Shown piece after piece: positions 26,523 to 40,043 of a DNA stretch of 64,000 nt. Position 1 is the first letter of the stretch; every line of letters starts with the position of its first letter. The notes beneath the pieces were generated by a model. It saw nothing but the letters and a program-made list of their open reading frames with translations. It was not told where the DNA came from and made no database searches. The DNA comes from Raja brachyura (taxonomy: Eukaryota), in contig OY740782.1 of assembly GCA_963514005.1 (NCBI GenBank), forward strand, positions 77,190,001 through 77,254,000. Reading direction: 5' to 3'. The position numbers were made by a program, and so were the translations under genes.

Positions 26523-27862
26523 AAAGAAAAGAAAATTTCGTCAAATGATTTTCAATTATATCTTAATAGTGGTAAAATGGACGTTATACCTGTGTTCATG
26601 TCATTGTGCCAAGAAATAGGTACAATATATAGGTATGATATCAACTATTAAAAATGCTACATTCCCCATTTATTTTACATTTTAACTTTTAATACAATGG
26701 CAATATTGTTTCATTTTTGTCTATACATTGGGTACATACTCGCATGGAATGGAAACAATAACATTTTGAACTATATCAAGGTTTAATCCGATTTCTGAAA
26801 TGGGGGATGATATGGTATTGTAATGAACCATGAGGGCTATTAATATGAAGATGGAATTAGTTTGAAATCTCTATGTTAATGGCATTGGATATATTTAAAC
26901 AATTGTCAAGAATCTTATGTACTTGGAGTAACACTGTCAGATTGATTTCACGTCATTCAATGGTCTTATAATTATTCGCTTTTAAGATGCTTGGTTAATA
27001 CCAACGCAGTTGGTTATTCGGAAAATGAAACATTCTCCTGCAATTATCGCAATATTCAATATTTGGTTTGCCCCGGTAAGCATGTCTCCCCCCCTGCTAT
27101 CATGTCCAAAGATTATGTTTTCAGTCCTATTTCTCGCCATGTTCCACATCAAACAAATCCTATCTTCATCCATGACAATATCCAATGAGATTAAGCGGAG
27201 TTTTTCGTTTAAGAAAATAACTTTAAATGCAACAGATCGAAATGTGTTCGTCGTCAATGTTTTAAGACTCTAGCCTCTTCAACTCCTCAATTTTCTCATT
27301 TGAACTAACTCACTCAAATATTTTCTTTGGAAGTTCGTTAGAGTTACAATTAAACTAATCGGAGGACATTTTAATCATTTTATTGTGGTGCTCTCATGTT
27401 GTTAACTAGATGGATTTCAAATACAGTAAAATAAAAACTAGGGAACCCCTAAAACTGTCTTTTAACATCTAAGTTTAAACAAAATCATATGCAAGAAATT
27501 GACATTGACCTAAAAGCACCAAATGTCTTAAAGTAAAATATGGCAGTGATATATTATATTATTTTGAAAACTTTTCTTATTTTCATTTCAATCATTTTTT
27601 TTCTGGAAAGATGCGTTAGATCATAAAACGTTCCTGGGTTCCTTTGAGTATTATTCATTGGCTGTCTTTTATTTACTTTGGACCCTGTGTGCAAATATGT
27701 CCTTCTATGCGGTACACTTACATAACTGCAATAAGGATTCGTGGTTTGTAACTTATCTGACAAGTTTAGAATGTGAGTACAATTGATTCCGGAGCGTGGG
27801 CTCATGCTATAAACTATAGTAGGCATTAATTTTTACAGCATAGCTCACGCCCAAAAATAAAA

Positions 27863-27876
27863 AGTTCACAAGGTCA
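27863..27876 (+). promoter_or_regulatory. Perfect DR2 nuclear-receptor (RAR/RXR-type) element in the HoxA10 intron
   Basis: AGTTCA-ca-AGGTCA. Confidence 0.6.
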
Positions 27877-27974
27877 AAATAAACCCCCCTTTGTTAGCCT
27901 TGTTGGCTGTACCTGCCACGTCTACTCTGATTGTTAGCTTCTGATTGTTCGCCCACTGTCTATTTTGTACCTAC

Positions 27975-28734
27975 CTTTTGTTTCTTTCTCAGGAGAGTTT
28001 TTGCTGCTTTCTGAATGGACTGGTGAAGATTCTTCGTTTGGTGAAGAAGCCGGAGCTTCTGCCTCTTCTCTTTCCGAGCCGCAGGTTAAATGGCCGGGGG
28101 ATGTCCCCTCGCTTCCTTTTCTCCCCAATTCACTCGGGGTCGAAGCTGAAGAAGGGGGTGTTCCAAATCGGATCTGGGACTGAGGCACGAACGGAGAGGC
28201 CCCAACCTGCCCAGTGTTGGTATAAAGTGTCTGTTTGGTTGTCGGATAGGCTTGGGACAGACGGAAATAGCCGGGCACAGGAACCCCGCCGCTAGTAGTA
28301 GTGTCACTATTGGAGCACGATTCTGATGTTAGCCTTGGAAACGTGGAAAGATCTGTTGCTGCCGCGCTTTTTGGACATTTCTCAGAATCATATAAGCAAT
28401 ATGCATTTTCTTCTTTGATATTCTGGGGAAAGGAACATGCTGCTACTTGCTGGGTTGCAGGTTGCTCCATGCGACAGGACCTGGGAGGATCTGACCAGAC
28501 CTCCATCCCGCTCATGTAGGGATGAGAAGTCAGGACCATACTCTGAGAGTTGTTCTCACTGCGTTTGCTCAGAGATGGGAAAAGTCCACAGTTTTGGATG
28601 CCGTATGATAGATCAGAGGCAGGCGGCAGGTATACGCTGTTGTTGGGGTAATAGGTCCCTTCCCCGCCACGGCCCACGCTGATCAGAGAATCTACTAAAA
28701 AGGAGTTTGCAGCCGGGCTGTCTGAGCATGACAT
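27975..28734 (-). CDS. hoxa10: HoxA10 exon 1
   Basis: MSCSDSPAANSFLVDSLIS, NIKEENAYCLYD and VPVPGYFRLSQAY motifs; donor AAAG|GTAGGT; 760 nt, phase 1. Confidence 0.95.
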
Positions 28735-28773
28735 TGTTGTGGGGTAATTTGGCGAAAGCAGAAGATATCCAGT

Positions 28774-28785
28774 TCAGGCTGACAT
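28774..28785 (-). promoter_or_regulatory. Minimal uORF ATG TCA GCC TGA, in frame with and 17 codons upstream of the HoxA10 ATG
   Basis: Read directly from the minus strand. Confidence 0.7.
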
Positions 28786-31700
28786 TTCTTGTGCAAACAC
28801 GTTGAATATGATTAGAGATACCTCCGCAGCACGACAGGCGGGACGAACCAATCAAATGGCATAGCTGGCCATAAGCCCCTCCTTCGTGGTGGGGCTACGT
28901 CACCAGAACGGCAATAAGGTCACCATATGTGTTCGGTAAACTGCAAAAACGTCTAAATGCATCTTTATTTATTCAGTTCTACTTTATTAGAATCACGTCC
29001 TTCAAATAAAATAAAAGAGGGGCAAAATTGTAATTCAATACTACAAATTTCAGCAAAATGTGAAGCTATCTAACTGTTTCAAAGTACCAATTATTTACAT
29101 ATTTCCAATTATTCGCACACGCGGTTGATAAAAAGAACAAAGTTGTAGTTCTATATTGTACACTTTTAATCACGCGTTAAGTTTCGCAGGCGGATACTTG
29201 CAAGAAAACAGAAGTAATCTTGACTTTCACGGGTCTGATTGTAATTACCCAGCCGCCTGCTGCAACAGTTTCACAGTGATCACTGTGATTCAGATCCACA
29301 ATGAGCCTTTCCTTATTGTTACTTCTGTTGCCATTCCTTGTATGTGCAGGGTTGAAGAATCACTCTTGAAATACAAGTCCGTGATTGTATATCTGTCCTT
29401 TTTTTTTGTAGTTTAGAGTTTAGTGGGTTAATGGGACATACTGCATCTCTGTACGTTAAGTGTAGAAGGTCGGGCACAACAAACTAATTCTACAGCCACT
29501 TCCTTTTATCCATTCATCTATTTCCCCGGCGAGGCTGACTGCATTATGGCAATTCTTGAAATTTCTTACCAAATAACAATTTCAAGAAATAGAAAACATT
29601 TGGTTCGAAATACTTTAGTATGTGTTCTTCAATTGGCTGGGCCAAGAACACACATCGTTTACCACATCTATAAAATCGACCTCATCATATCGTCTTAAAA
29701 ATAGAATACATTGCAGTTAAACAAAATTTACAAGTATCTCAACTACAATCGGGTCAAGTTTTTTTTTTAAAGCGCGCCATAGAAGCCTCCTCCAGAGTAT
29801 GCTACTCCATCCCATCCAAAGATAACTTAGAAATGAAACCAGAGGGGGTCAAAATGCTTTACCTTTTTCCATGGAAGAAAGCGGGGCCTTCGATTGGTGA
29901 ACTTTTTATCTCAAGAATTTAAGGTGGAAGATAATTATACTCAATCTACAGCTATTATCGTAATATCAGTGCAGAAAGAAAGTAATGCAACAACGATAAG
30001 AGCCCCCTCCAAATGCACGCAAGCACGCACACACACACATAAATCCCTTGTGATCCAAGGCAAGGGAGGCTTTTAACAGTGTATTTGTGGCATATTTGTT
30101 CAATATGTCTCAATGGGAATCTGAATACGAAACTATTCTATGTGTCGGTCATATTGTATGTATTTTGATCGGCCATCTCCGTAATAAAGTGCAGCAAGCA
30201 ATGCCGCCGTAAATGTCGTCTTTAGATTTGGATGTAATATTACATCTCTAACATTACTGTGTTTTTCTACGAGCCATCTTTTAGCCGCACTCAAAATGTT
30301 AACCGTGCCGCCCCACCCCCACCCTCTTCCCCACCGCCACCACCACCTCTGTACTATTATTCCATTTGCAGTTATTTTAACTTCTGGCGCTGGATTAAAG
30401 ATCAGAAAATGTTGTTAATCTAAAGCAGATTATTTAAAATATCGTTTCAGTTAAAGTCAGCGGGATATGAAGGCCGGCTTTACACGCACCGTGTTTGCTA
30501 AAGGGCCGTCTCGGAGGATTCCTTATGCATGCTTGTTTTTAAGCACAAACGACTGTTTAGAATTATCACGGCCGTCCAAAAATCATATAAAAACCTGAAT
30601 GTTCTTTATCGAAAATTTTGAAAATATTCCAGTTTGCAATCCCTCTGAGCCAATGACACGTATGATCATGGGAGCAGACAAAGATTTAATGGGTGAAAAT
30701 AACAATTACCATCTCTGCCAGAGTCTCATATATAAAGGTTCAGGCTACTGTACAGCAATGCTAACAAAGCGGCGCATTTATGTGTTGGAGGCATGATATT
30801 TATCTGGTTCTTTTTGCAAATGTTTCATTGCTTAATAAATTGATACCATATTTGGATAATTTTATTGGTGCATTTTTGGAAAGGTTTAAACGTCTATAAC
30901 CCAATTTCCCAGTAAAACTGTAATGGGATAGTGGATTGATTTCTCCTGTTTCTAAGATACTGCAGGCCTTTCTCAACTTTATGGATAGGAATGGAGCGAG
31001 GAGCTGTGAGTCTCATGTGAACATTTAAAAAGCCCACAACAGGAAGTAATTGAAGCAGCAAGGATTTGCGGGAAATAAGTTTATTTTCTAGCTTCTAGTG
31101 TGTACGTGACTGTTAATTGCGATATTGGTAACAGTTAAGAAATTTGTTTAATGCCGAGGAGGTTGGGGAGATGAAATAGCTTTATCGCCTATTTCAGGAA
31201 TATGGCTGGGGGGGAAATAAAATAAAATAAATAGCTTTAGAAAGTGCATAGTTATACAATACATTGTATGGCCATTAATGCGTTCCATTTGGCATAAGAA
31301 AGAATAATGAAGACACATTTCTTTGCGCCAAGCTATGTCGACCGTGGGTACTGCAAGATTTCTACATTTCTCCATCAACGCGTAAGCAATAAACACACGT
31401 CTTACAACGCTGCAACAAACGAGGTAAATAATAGATAGTCCAGTCTGTTATAAAAGGATGAGCATAGATTGCAGTGGAGCAAGTAGTGCTTCTTCAGTAA
31501 ATAAGCGATTTCAATGTCTAAACTGAGCAGGCTGTGCCCACTCAGAGCTCGGGCTCGTTGTTAGCCTAGATCGTGAACTTAAGACTGAAGGCCAGACTGA
31601 GTGCCTTTCACCCTGTTTTCCGGATAAAGTTCCAAGAAGAAGACTCGTATGCTCGCCACCTACACCATCGAGTGAGATTGTTTATAATTATGTAGTTCTT

Positions 31701-32716
31701 GTTTGCAGTCACAAAATCTATACCAACACTTCGTGAACTTCAAAAAAAAACTCCTCGCCCTTCAAGTGTATTGGCCATTGTATGTGCGCAGTGAAATCTT
31801 TTCGTAGAGGGGCCAGGGCAAATATTTGCAATCTACGGCGCTGATTTTATCCATCCATCCATACATAGCTTTTTCAAAAAGAAGTAATAACAATTCTCTG
31901 GAATTCGCTAAGATTGCTGGAGAAGTTGAAAGGAGATCATTATTTTATGCCTCCGAGATAAATCTGAAAGGAATGTCACGCTTTAACTGTATATGTATTC
32001 AATAATGTTGTAAGCAACCACTCCGGAATCACATTACTTTCAAAATTATTTCTATTTCTTGAAATTTTTAGGTAAAGATATTTTAAAATAAAATGCACCA
32101 ACTGTAAAAATTGATGGTAAATGGATAAAACTGAAAATTCGCTGCATTAAAGGGCTTGGTTTCTTTATATTGGACACTTAAAGAATAAAACACGTTGAAA
32201 CGGGAACACTGTTCGGTAATTTTAGAAAGCCATGCAACACTAACTTTTTGCACAGTGTACAATCAAAATGTAAACTAACGTCTATCAATCGCAGACAAGA
32301 AATCTAAAAATCAAGGATATCAAACCTCACCAAATTTTATCATCCTCTAAATCTACAAATTTAACTAATCTTGTTAATTGTCACCACGGAATTGCTATTG
32401 AAACACTGATATTTATTGCTGGATAGTTAGTGATATAATTCTTTATTTCTTTTTAAAAAAGATAGCGAGTCTAACACTTAAATTTAAAGACATCGTTTAC
32501 ACTCGCATTTGAATGGAAGAGAAACGGAAATCCAGCCAGAATGCAAAGGATGTCAGCAGTGAACAATAAGTTTGAATGAATTGCAGAGTAATAAGAGAAA
32601 TAAACGCATAACTGTTTAATGGTTTGGAATGACAAAAATATTAATAACCATATTTTTCAATTGCCTGCTTAAATAGACTTCCGTAAGCATGTCTCGAGCA
32701 ATTTAAAACATGAGAC

Positions 32717-32826
32717 AAAAGACTTGCATTGAAAAGAGCGTCTTTCACAACCTTGGGACGTCCCAAAGTGCTTTACAGCCAATGGAGTACTTTTTGATGT
32801 GCAGTCCATGTTGTAACGTGGGAGAC
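32717..32826 (-). mobile_element. Decayed 3' fragment of a DeuSINE-family element (AmnSINE1/SacSINE1-like)
   Basis: Minus strand AAAAGTACTCCATTGGCTGTAAAGCACTTTGGGACGTCCCAAGGTTGTGAAAGACGCT...AATGCAAGTCTTT resembles the DeuSINE 3' tail as I recall it. Confidence 0.65.
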
Positions 32827-34816
32827 CTAATTCGTTTGTTCTATTTTAATTTCATTTCAGTCAGCAATTTTACTGTTATATAAAATTATGTTCCAATATT
32901 CCCTTTAAAAAATGAAACAAAGAAAGCGCAATTGGATTATACGATTTCAAATGAATAATCGACTTTGAACGTGAACAATGAGCAATATTCCACAAGGTAA
33001 AGGGTTTCTACTAGTGAAATCAGGCGCTTTTATTTACAATGAAGATTATAGCGATGTACACTTCACTTTAGGTCTTATCAACAGTTTATATCGACAAGCT
33101 TGATCAATTATTAAAAAAAAAGCAGTCTAACAATTCAAAAGAAGTCCAGATAAAAATAGGATGGGTTATCTTAAATTTATTTTGTGGGTCGAATGGAGTA
33201 AATAGTTTATTGTGAATTGAGAGATTACTTTTAATATAAAGTGTCTTAAGTAATCCTAATGTAAATTTGGCTTTAAAGATTACAATAAAGAATGCTTAAT
33301 TTATGCGGAAACTACGGGTGCAAAATAATTGCAAATAATCACAGAATTGTGCAAAGTCATATTATGCTCTGTGTCTTTAAAATTAACGAGATATTTACGT
33401 TGAATAGATTTTGTTGAAATAAGGAGCCAGGTTTTATTCATATGAAATTGAGTTTTTGTTAACTTATATCGTTTTTCATAATCTGACGAACAGATTTTCA
33501 TTTTACTAATCGTGATTCTAAGAAAACGACTGAAGAGTTTTTGTTTTCACGCTGACAGAATAGCTCACTAGCTTTATAACAAAAAAGCGGCAATTCAGTT
33601 GCACAGGCCACGGTGAAGGTGACGCAGCGGGGGTCGAGTCACAAACCAAAATGGTCCATGTTATGTACCACGTTGAAAATAAAGAGTTGGCGTAAAATGT
33701 ACAATTACAACAAATTCCTCACATCAGTGCCATACTCTGACGAGAACGTTTCATTCAATAACTTGATACCTTTAAACAATGAAGGATTCGTGGTACTAAT
33801 GTTCAATTTAATGCCGTTCCATTGCCTAGCATTCATTTCATATTAAAACAAACACACTGTTCTTCAACTATGAAGTGCACACGCTAGTTCTGTTTTATGT
33901 ACAGCTTCCACGTTCCAGAATAAACCGGTAAATTTCATTACTGTACACCCACCCATCTTATCAAATTAAAAATTAAAAAAACTGGCTGCCCCAAATCTTT
34001 CGTATTTTACAATTTGCGCTCGCAGAAGTAAACTTTCTTTAGGTAATTTACTTTAAAATATGTTCGTATTTTGCTTGCAGCAGCTTCTTGGATACATTGC
34101 GAATGTTTTGATGCAAAAGGCTATGCAAAGGGATATTTGTGCCCTGGTTCAATTAAGCAGCGAACTGCACACAATGAACATTATCGGAAAGTTAGACATA
34201 TTGTTAGACATAGAAAAAATAGAGATTGGCATTTTTAAAACAATGATAAGCCCAACCGAGTTGTCTAGACTGTTTTATTGTTCGAAAAGTTGGGAAGTTG
34301 GAGTTCGAGCTCATGTTTATTTTTAGCTCATCCTAGCTTTATCTATTCACCCTTCACTGTCCCACATTATTGGCAATCTAACTCAGAAAGTGCCCACCTT
34401 TCCCAATGGTTATTTTTCAAGGTTTATCCGGTTACATATTATCAAATCATTAGATATTTAATCAAAGGGTTAATAGTTGATGATAATTGAAAGACATGTA
34501 TTTCAGTAATTAGAAACTGGTTGCACTAGTTTCTGAAGCACAAATCCTGCCAAGATTTAAAAAAGAGGTTGTTGAAATTGTCTCTTTTTAAAAGATATGC
34601 TCTTTAACAGATAGGCTACCGTTGACATTTTGCGTATATCGTTGCAGCAAATACTAAGATTTAAATTGCCATTAGAAATTAAGATTTATTTTTAGTTTTT
34701 TTAAAATCGGATTTGGCTATTAAATTTATTTAGTACTGCAATGCCCGAATACATTTTATACAGCAACCAAGAACAGAATGAATGACCGTTGTACTGTGGT
34801 GCAAGTGCCAATCCTA

Positions 34817-34832
34817 GACCCAGAGGGCGCTA
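34817..34832 (+). promoter_or_regulatory. CTCF-like motif between HoxA10 and HoxA11
   Basis: GACCCAGAGGGCGCTA. Confidence 0.55.
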
Positions 34833-35142
34833 TGGCCTAAGGTTGCTGGAGCTTTCAAATGGTATGCTTTAAATATTCAAGTTGTACTGATTCTTGATAG
34901 GGATGTATTTCATGACATTCTTCATAACACGCCATTAAATAATATGAAGATAATAATTGGGAGTAGCCATTTTAGTCAAATAATCTGAAACAAAGGAATG
35001 AAGTGAAAGGAATACTATTGATTGGCAGCATTATTCAAGTTATAGTAAGAAACATTTTCACGGAAAAATTCCATTGCTAACAATTAATGAATATTGACGT
35101 TTTAACGAAACCCCTTACTAACTTATCACAATCCCATAATGC

Positions 35143-35282
35143 NNNNNNNNNNNNNNNNNNNNNNNNNNNNNNNNNNNNNNNNNNNNNNNNNNNNNNNNNN
35201 NNNNNNNNNNNNNNNNNNNNNNNNNNNNNNNNNNNNNNNNNNNNNNNNNNNNNNNNNNNNNNNNNNNNNNNNNNNNNNNNNN
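35143..35282. other. Assembly gap (N run)
   Basis: Run of N. Confidence 1.
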
Positions 35283-36858
35283 ACTACACTACAGTATTTT
35301 CATCCAGCACGATAATTTAACGCAATAAAATTTGTCACAAATATCATGTTTATACATTGTTCAGTCAAACTAGTTTTATAGGACATCGTTACCGAACCGC
35401 AAGTCTGCACAAGACAATTTTAATCTCAGTATTCCCACAGGAAACGATCAGCAAGTATGAACTTCATGTGAAATTTACTTCAAAATGCACACAATCGCGT
35501 ACTTATTCTTAGTTTAGTTAATAAGCTCCGACATAAAAATAGGAATTGGCAAATGTTACATAACTTGGCACAGTTGCTAATTAGCTTCCTAACCTTAAAA
35601 AAAAAACTGGTCAACGGACATCAACAAATAAGATGTATAATCTGGAACAATAGGTTAATGTAATTTCTGCGTTAACTGTCAAAATTAAGTAATGCGAAAA
35701 AGAATCAATCGAATATACTTTCGAAAAAATGCACCAACGTTTCAAAATCTTTCGTCATAATTTAAAAACGAACAGTTAATTGAAATGACACTATCCCGCT
35801 AAAAAATATATAGGAAAGCGGGCAAATGATTAAATCTCGCCAGTTATACTTTTCGGTTGCACTGTTAATGTTCGATCAATATTTAAGAAATATAAACCCA
35901 CCATAATTTGATTGTTACATTTCAACGAACTGTTCGCTATTTCTGAAGCAGACATATATACGCATTATTTCGTTAAATATAGGAAACGCATACGAACAGA
36001 GAACAGGAAAACTGCAAAAGTGCTCTGAATCTTAAGTGCCAAACCAAAGATCCACGGTTCAGCACATTTAAACCATGTTAATGTTCAGAATAATACATAT
36101 GGTCATTGCGGGGATAGATTTCCAAAAGCTGCATTATGCGTCGGTTGTTGAGGAAACAAATCAAATTTGACATTGCCGATCAAACGTCAAGATAAAATCA
36201 CTTGGTGCCCCATGATAGTATTATGTTGATAAAAGAAACCATGCAATATCAAGCAAAAACAGAAGAGATAAATGAAAGAACGAATATGAGCAACCCAGTT
36301 CGAGGAATAAACCTTGTCTTCCTAACCAGCAAATCGAATAGTGCACATGTTGTATCTAAATATAAAATGTGGTCCGTGGGTCATTCAAGAAGCAAATACA
36401 TTGTATTTTCTAACCAATGTTCAATGACAATTAAAGTATACTGTTTCTGAAATGAATATCTTGCACTTTCCCTTTTCCGGAGGGTTTTTTTCCTTAATGA
36501 AACAAAAGCGGTTTAAAAAATAACTTTCACTCCATCTGAATTCAAATCTCACGTTAATTGTAACGTACACTGTCGAACCGCTCTTTGATAATTATGAAGC
36601 CACATTTCTCAATTCAAGAATCCATATCGTATATACATGGATCCCGATCACCTACCTTTTGTTAAAAAGATTGGTTTTTTGGAGCTCTTTATGATATTCA
36701 ATGAATATTGAATTTAAATTGCCAAACATAGAGGAACTATTTTATTTTGCCTCAAATAAATAACATACCTCTTTAACTCGTACTTTGGAAGAGCGACAAA
36801 GTATTTTTCATTGTAATTATTTTGCTGCCCAAAAGCGGCTTTGACATTGATCTAAATG

Positions 36859-36874
36859 GCGCCACCATGTGGAC
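36859..36874 (-). promoter_or_regulatory. CTCF motif (10|11 position) next to a TGACATTGAT TALE-type site
   Basis: Minus strand GTCCACATGGTGGCGC; TGACATTGAT at 36842-36851. Confidence 0.6.
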
Positions 36875-39810
36875 TGAGTGTCAAACTGAAGGAATTCATT
36901 GTCATAGCTCCCTAGTGCAGCAGTGCAGAAACATTGAACGAACGCAAAACGACATTAAGAGGGAGAAGAACTAAACTCAAAAATACGTTTACGTTCATAA
37001 CATTAGGACTATAAAATCTACTGCGGTAATATTCAAAAAACAGATAGCTACAATTATTTTTTTTTAATGACTTGTCCCGCTGTTAGTAACCACAGCAACA
37101 GAGACGATCCCATGTCATTTGCCTTGAATGCCACAGCCCCTTAATATGCTACTTCACTGGTCTCAACTCCCTCTTCTGCAGATATAAAAGCTTCCACATA
37201 TCTTTAACCACCTCCAGTATCACTCATTATTAAAACAACCTCACACGCAACATTAAACTTCCATGATACTAGAATATGTCTCGCTAGTTTCTCCGCCAAC
37301 GCAGTTGATCAACCTCTTATAATCTGTTTTGGTCTCCCGTCACCTCCGGCGGGAGTCTAACCAGAGAATGTAAGCTTCAGGGCTGATTATCCCTTCACCC
37401 CCAAGGTTAGAGGTGACGTCCACGGCGCAACAGAAGTTCAAAGCCAGGAAACAAACAGGAAAACAGAATGAAAATCGGCTTTAAAGATATTATAATACAA
37501 CTGCAATGCAAGACAATTGTTTCTAATGTACGCCCCTATGTATCCAAACAAACGTCGTCGATTATTTGCCAAACCGAGAGTTTTGATTCACAAAATACCC
37601 CAAAGAGAGTTATTTTTGCTGAATAAAGTACTAACCAATTTTTGACATCTCGGCTAATTGTTCCCATTTGAGCATGCGATTATCAATGTGAAATGACTAT
37701 AGCCCGTGCCAAGGGAAAGATAATTGTAATTGCATTGTCCGAAATTTGATATGGATGCTTCCAGAAAATAAACTAAAGAAAAACGTACCAATGTATGTAC
37801 ACAGATATGAATGTTATCCAGCTTTAATGGTTGCTTATTACGTACATGAAACGAACAATATTACAATACTTTGCAGGTGTTTTAGTTTTCGGCTTGAATA
37901 CCCAACGAAGTTCGCCCTCAAGAGAAAGCACCTTCATTACTTTTTCAACATGATTTCCAATTGTGCGCTTTCTCAACATGGACATGCACATTTACCCCAC
38001 TTCAGTCAAATTGATAAATATAAATTATATACAAATGTTAAGCAAATGTCGATTTCACATTTAATAAAACAGCATCCGATTGCTCTTAAAATAATTGGTG
38101 CTACATTTCAAAATCTAAATGCTTAATGTAAAAAAAAACACCACTTCTGTGGTGCATATTCCAGCCTTTTAATACATTTCAGTGTTTTGCAAAATAAACT
38201 AGAATTACAAAAAATAAAGATAACGGCGAGCAGCCAACCGCTGTCATCTGTCATTTTATGAGAATGAACAATAAAATAAGCTATTTTGATGATGTTAATG
38301 ACAAAGGCCACAACGAAACATTGAATTTAAACTGATAAAATAAACAAAAGTGATTTTGAAGGCTGGTATATGTTGTTAGGTAAAGTGTGGGTGATTTTTG
38401 TACAATACGGCCTATAGGTATATCGGCCTATAAAAAGCTTAAATGGTGAATGTACAGGAAATGTTACCATTGTGCAATAAACACACTTATGTGTTTAATG
38501 AAAATACTTTTCTGTCTTTGGTTCACACGGATAAAGATGGCTTCAAAATGGTGAATACTGCAGACTTGTCACCCTTTGGAGGAATCCGTGAAAAGGATAG
38601 ATGCATGAGCAGCAGCTTTCAAACCCAATTCCTATACACATTCACAATGTACCAAAAGAGCGACATATTTACAATACTTTGTGCTCAAGTATGCCATCAC
38701 GGGTAGCATCTCTTCCTTTTGAAAATTGAAAAGTAAAAACCGCATTTGAAAATTACGAAGCACAATGGGTCAAGTACAAATAAACACACACGGGTTGCTT
38801 CAGCGAGCATAAAATAGCTGGTTTTCAAATATCTTATTATTCCAAGCTATGTATTAAATGGTAAGGTGTTTATATATCGAGGCCAACAGCTAAAATATAC
38901 AGATTTGTACATGTTAAACATAATTTAACCACACTTCTTTATTTTAATGACTAATATAAATTCCACACTCATTAGAAACGGTGTTTCTTTTTGCTATGAA
39001 TTTCAAATTGGATATTTGCATGCATGTTATCTTTTGGGGTAATAATGGAGGTGGGGGTGGGGAGTACTGATTGATATGTGTGGAAATAAATGTGGATCTA
39101 TTGTGGAGATGGAAGTTGTCATCTGCCTTTCCTAGAGACGAGTTTTAGTATGCTGAACAGCGATAAGCAGGCATTATTTGTAGAACTGCTGCGCTACGTT
39201 CCCTCCTTTCAGGAGGCTCGGTTGCAAAAGAACGAGACTGCTTGCTACTAGTTGTAACCGAAGATAACAAATATATATCCAATGAGGGCCACTGTAATGT
39301 TCCTAATCTAAAGCATGCGCTTCTTATCGTCTTATTTTAAAAAATACGTTTATATTGCAGCTGGTCCACAACAGTCCACTCCTTCTCCCAGACCTTCAGT
39401 ACACGTGTCCGTTCATGGATAGAAGCTGCCTTATGCCTTGAATTTAAAAAAAATCGGTTTCGCTTAACTAAGTCCAAACGTTCACCTTGACATCTCAAAA
39501 CTTAATCTCAAGAGATACTCTGTGTATGAAATATATAGAAGACGCCTGTGTATTAATAAGTGTGTGCGTGCGTGTGTCTGTGTGTGGCTGTGTGTGAAGT
39601 CAACGATGAGCATTAATTCCAGTTACTTTTTAAAGTTGAAACTAGACGTCCCCATTAGTTTTGAAAAGTTGTCTGGCCCGTCAGAGTTGTATTAAAGTGT
39701 CTGCTCACAAACTCGAACTTGAGCTTTTTTTTACCTCTGCCTTCTGGCCTGGCCGATTTCATCGTAGAAGTTAGGAAGGTGGAATGCCTCTTTGTAAACT
39801 CAGTCTAATC

Positions 39811-40043
39811 TCAGAGCAATGGATTCGTAGTGTAATATTGAAGGCGGTCCCTGTTTAACTTCTTTTCCTTCATCCTCCTGTTCTGAAACCAAATTTTAAC
39901 TTGCCGGTCGGTTAAATTGAGCATGCGGGAAAGTTGTAGGCGCTTCTCCTTGTTGATGTAGACACTGAAAAAAAATTCTCTCTCCAGCTCCCTGATCTGG
40001 TACTTGGTATAGGGGCATCTTTTTTTACGTGTACGCTGGCCAC
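39811..40043 (-). CDS. hoxa11: HoxA11 exon 2 (homeodomain)
   Basis: Acceptor CCTGTTACAG|GT; [77 protein letters not shown] (hand translation). Confidence 0.96.

Noticed and set aside
8062-35320. ORFs with long X runs (8062, 8093, 11589-12093, 26182-26548, 35087)
   Set aside because: Artefacts of N gaps
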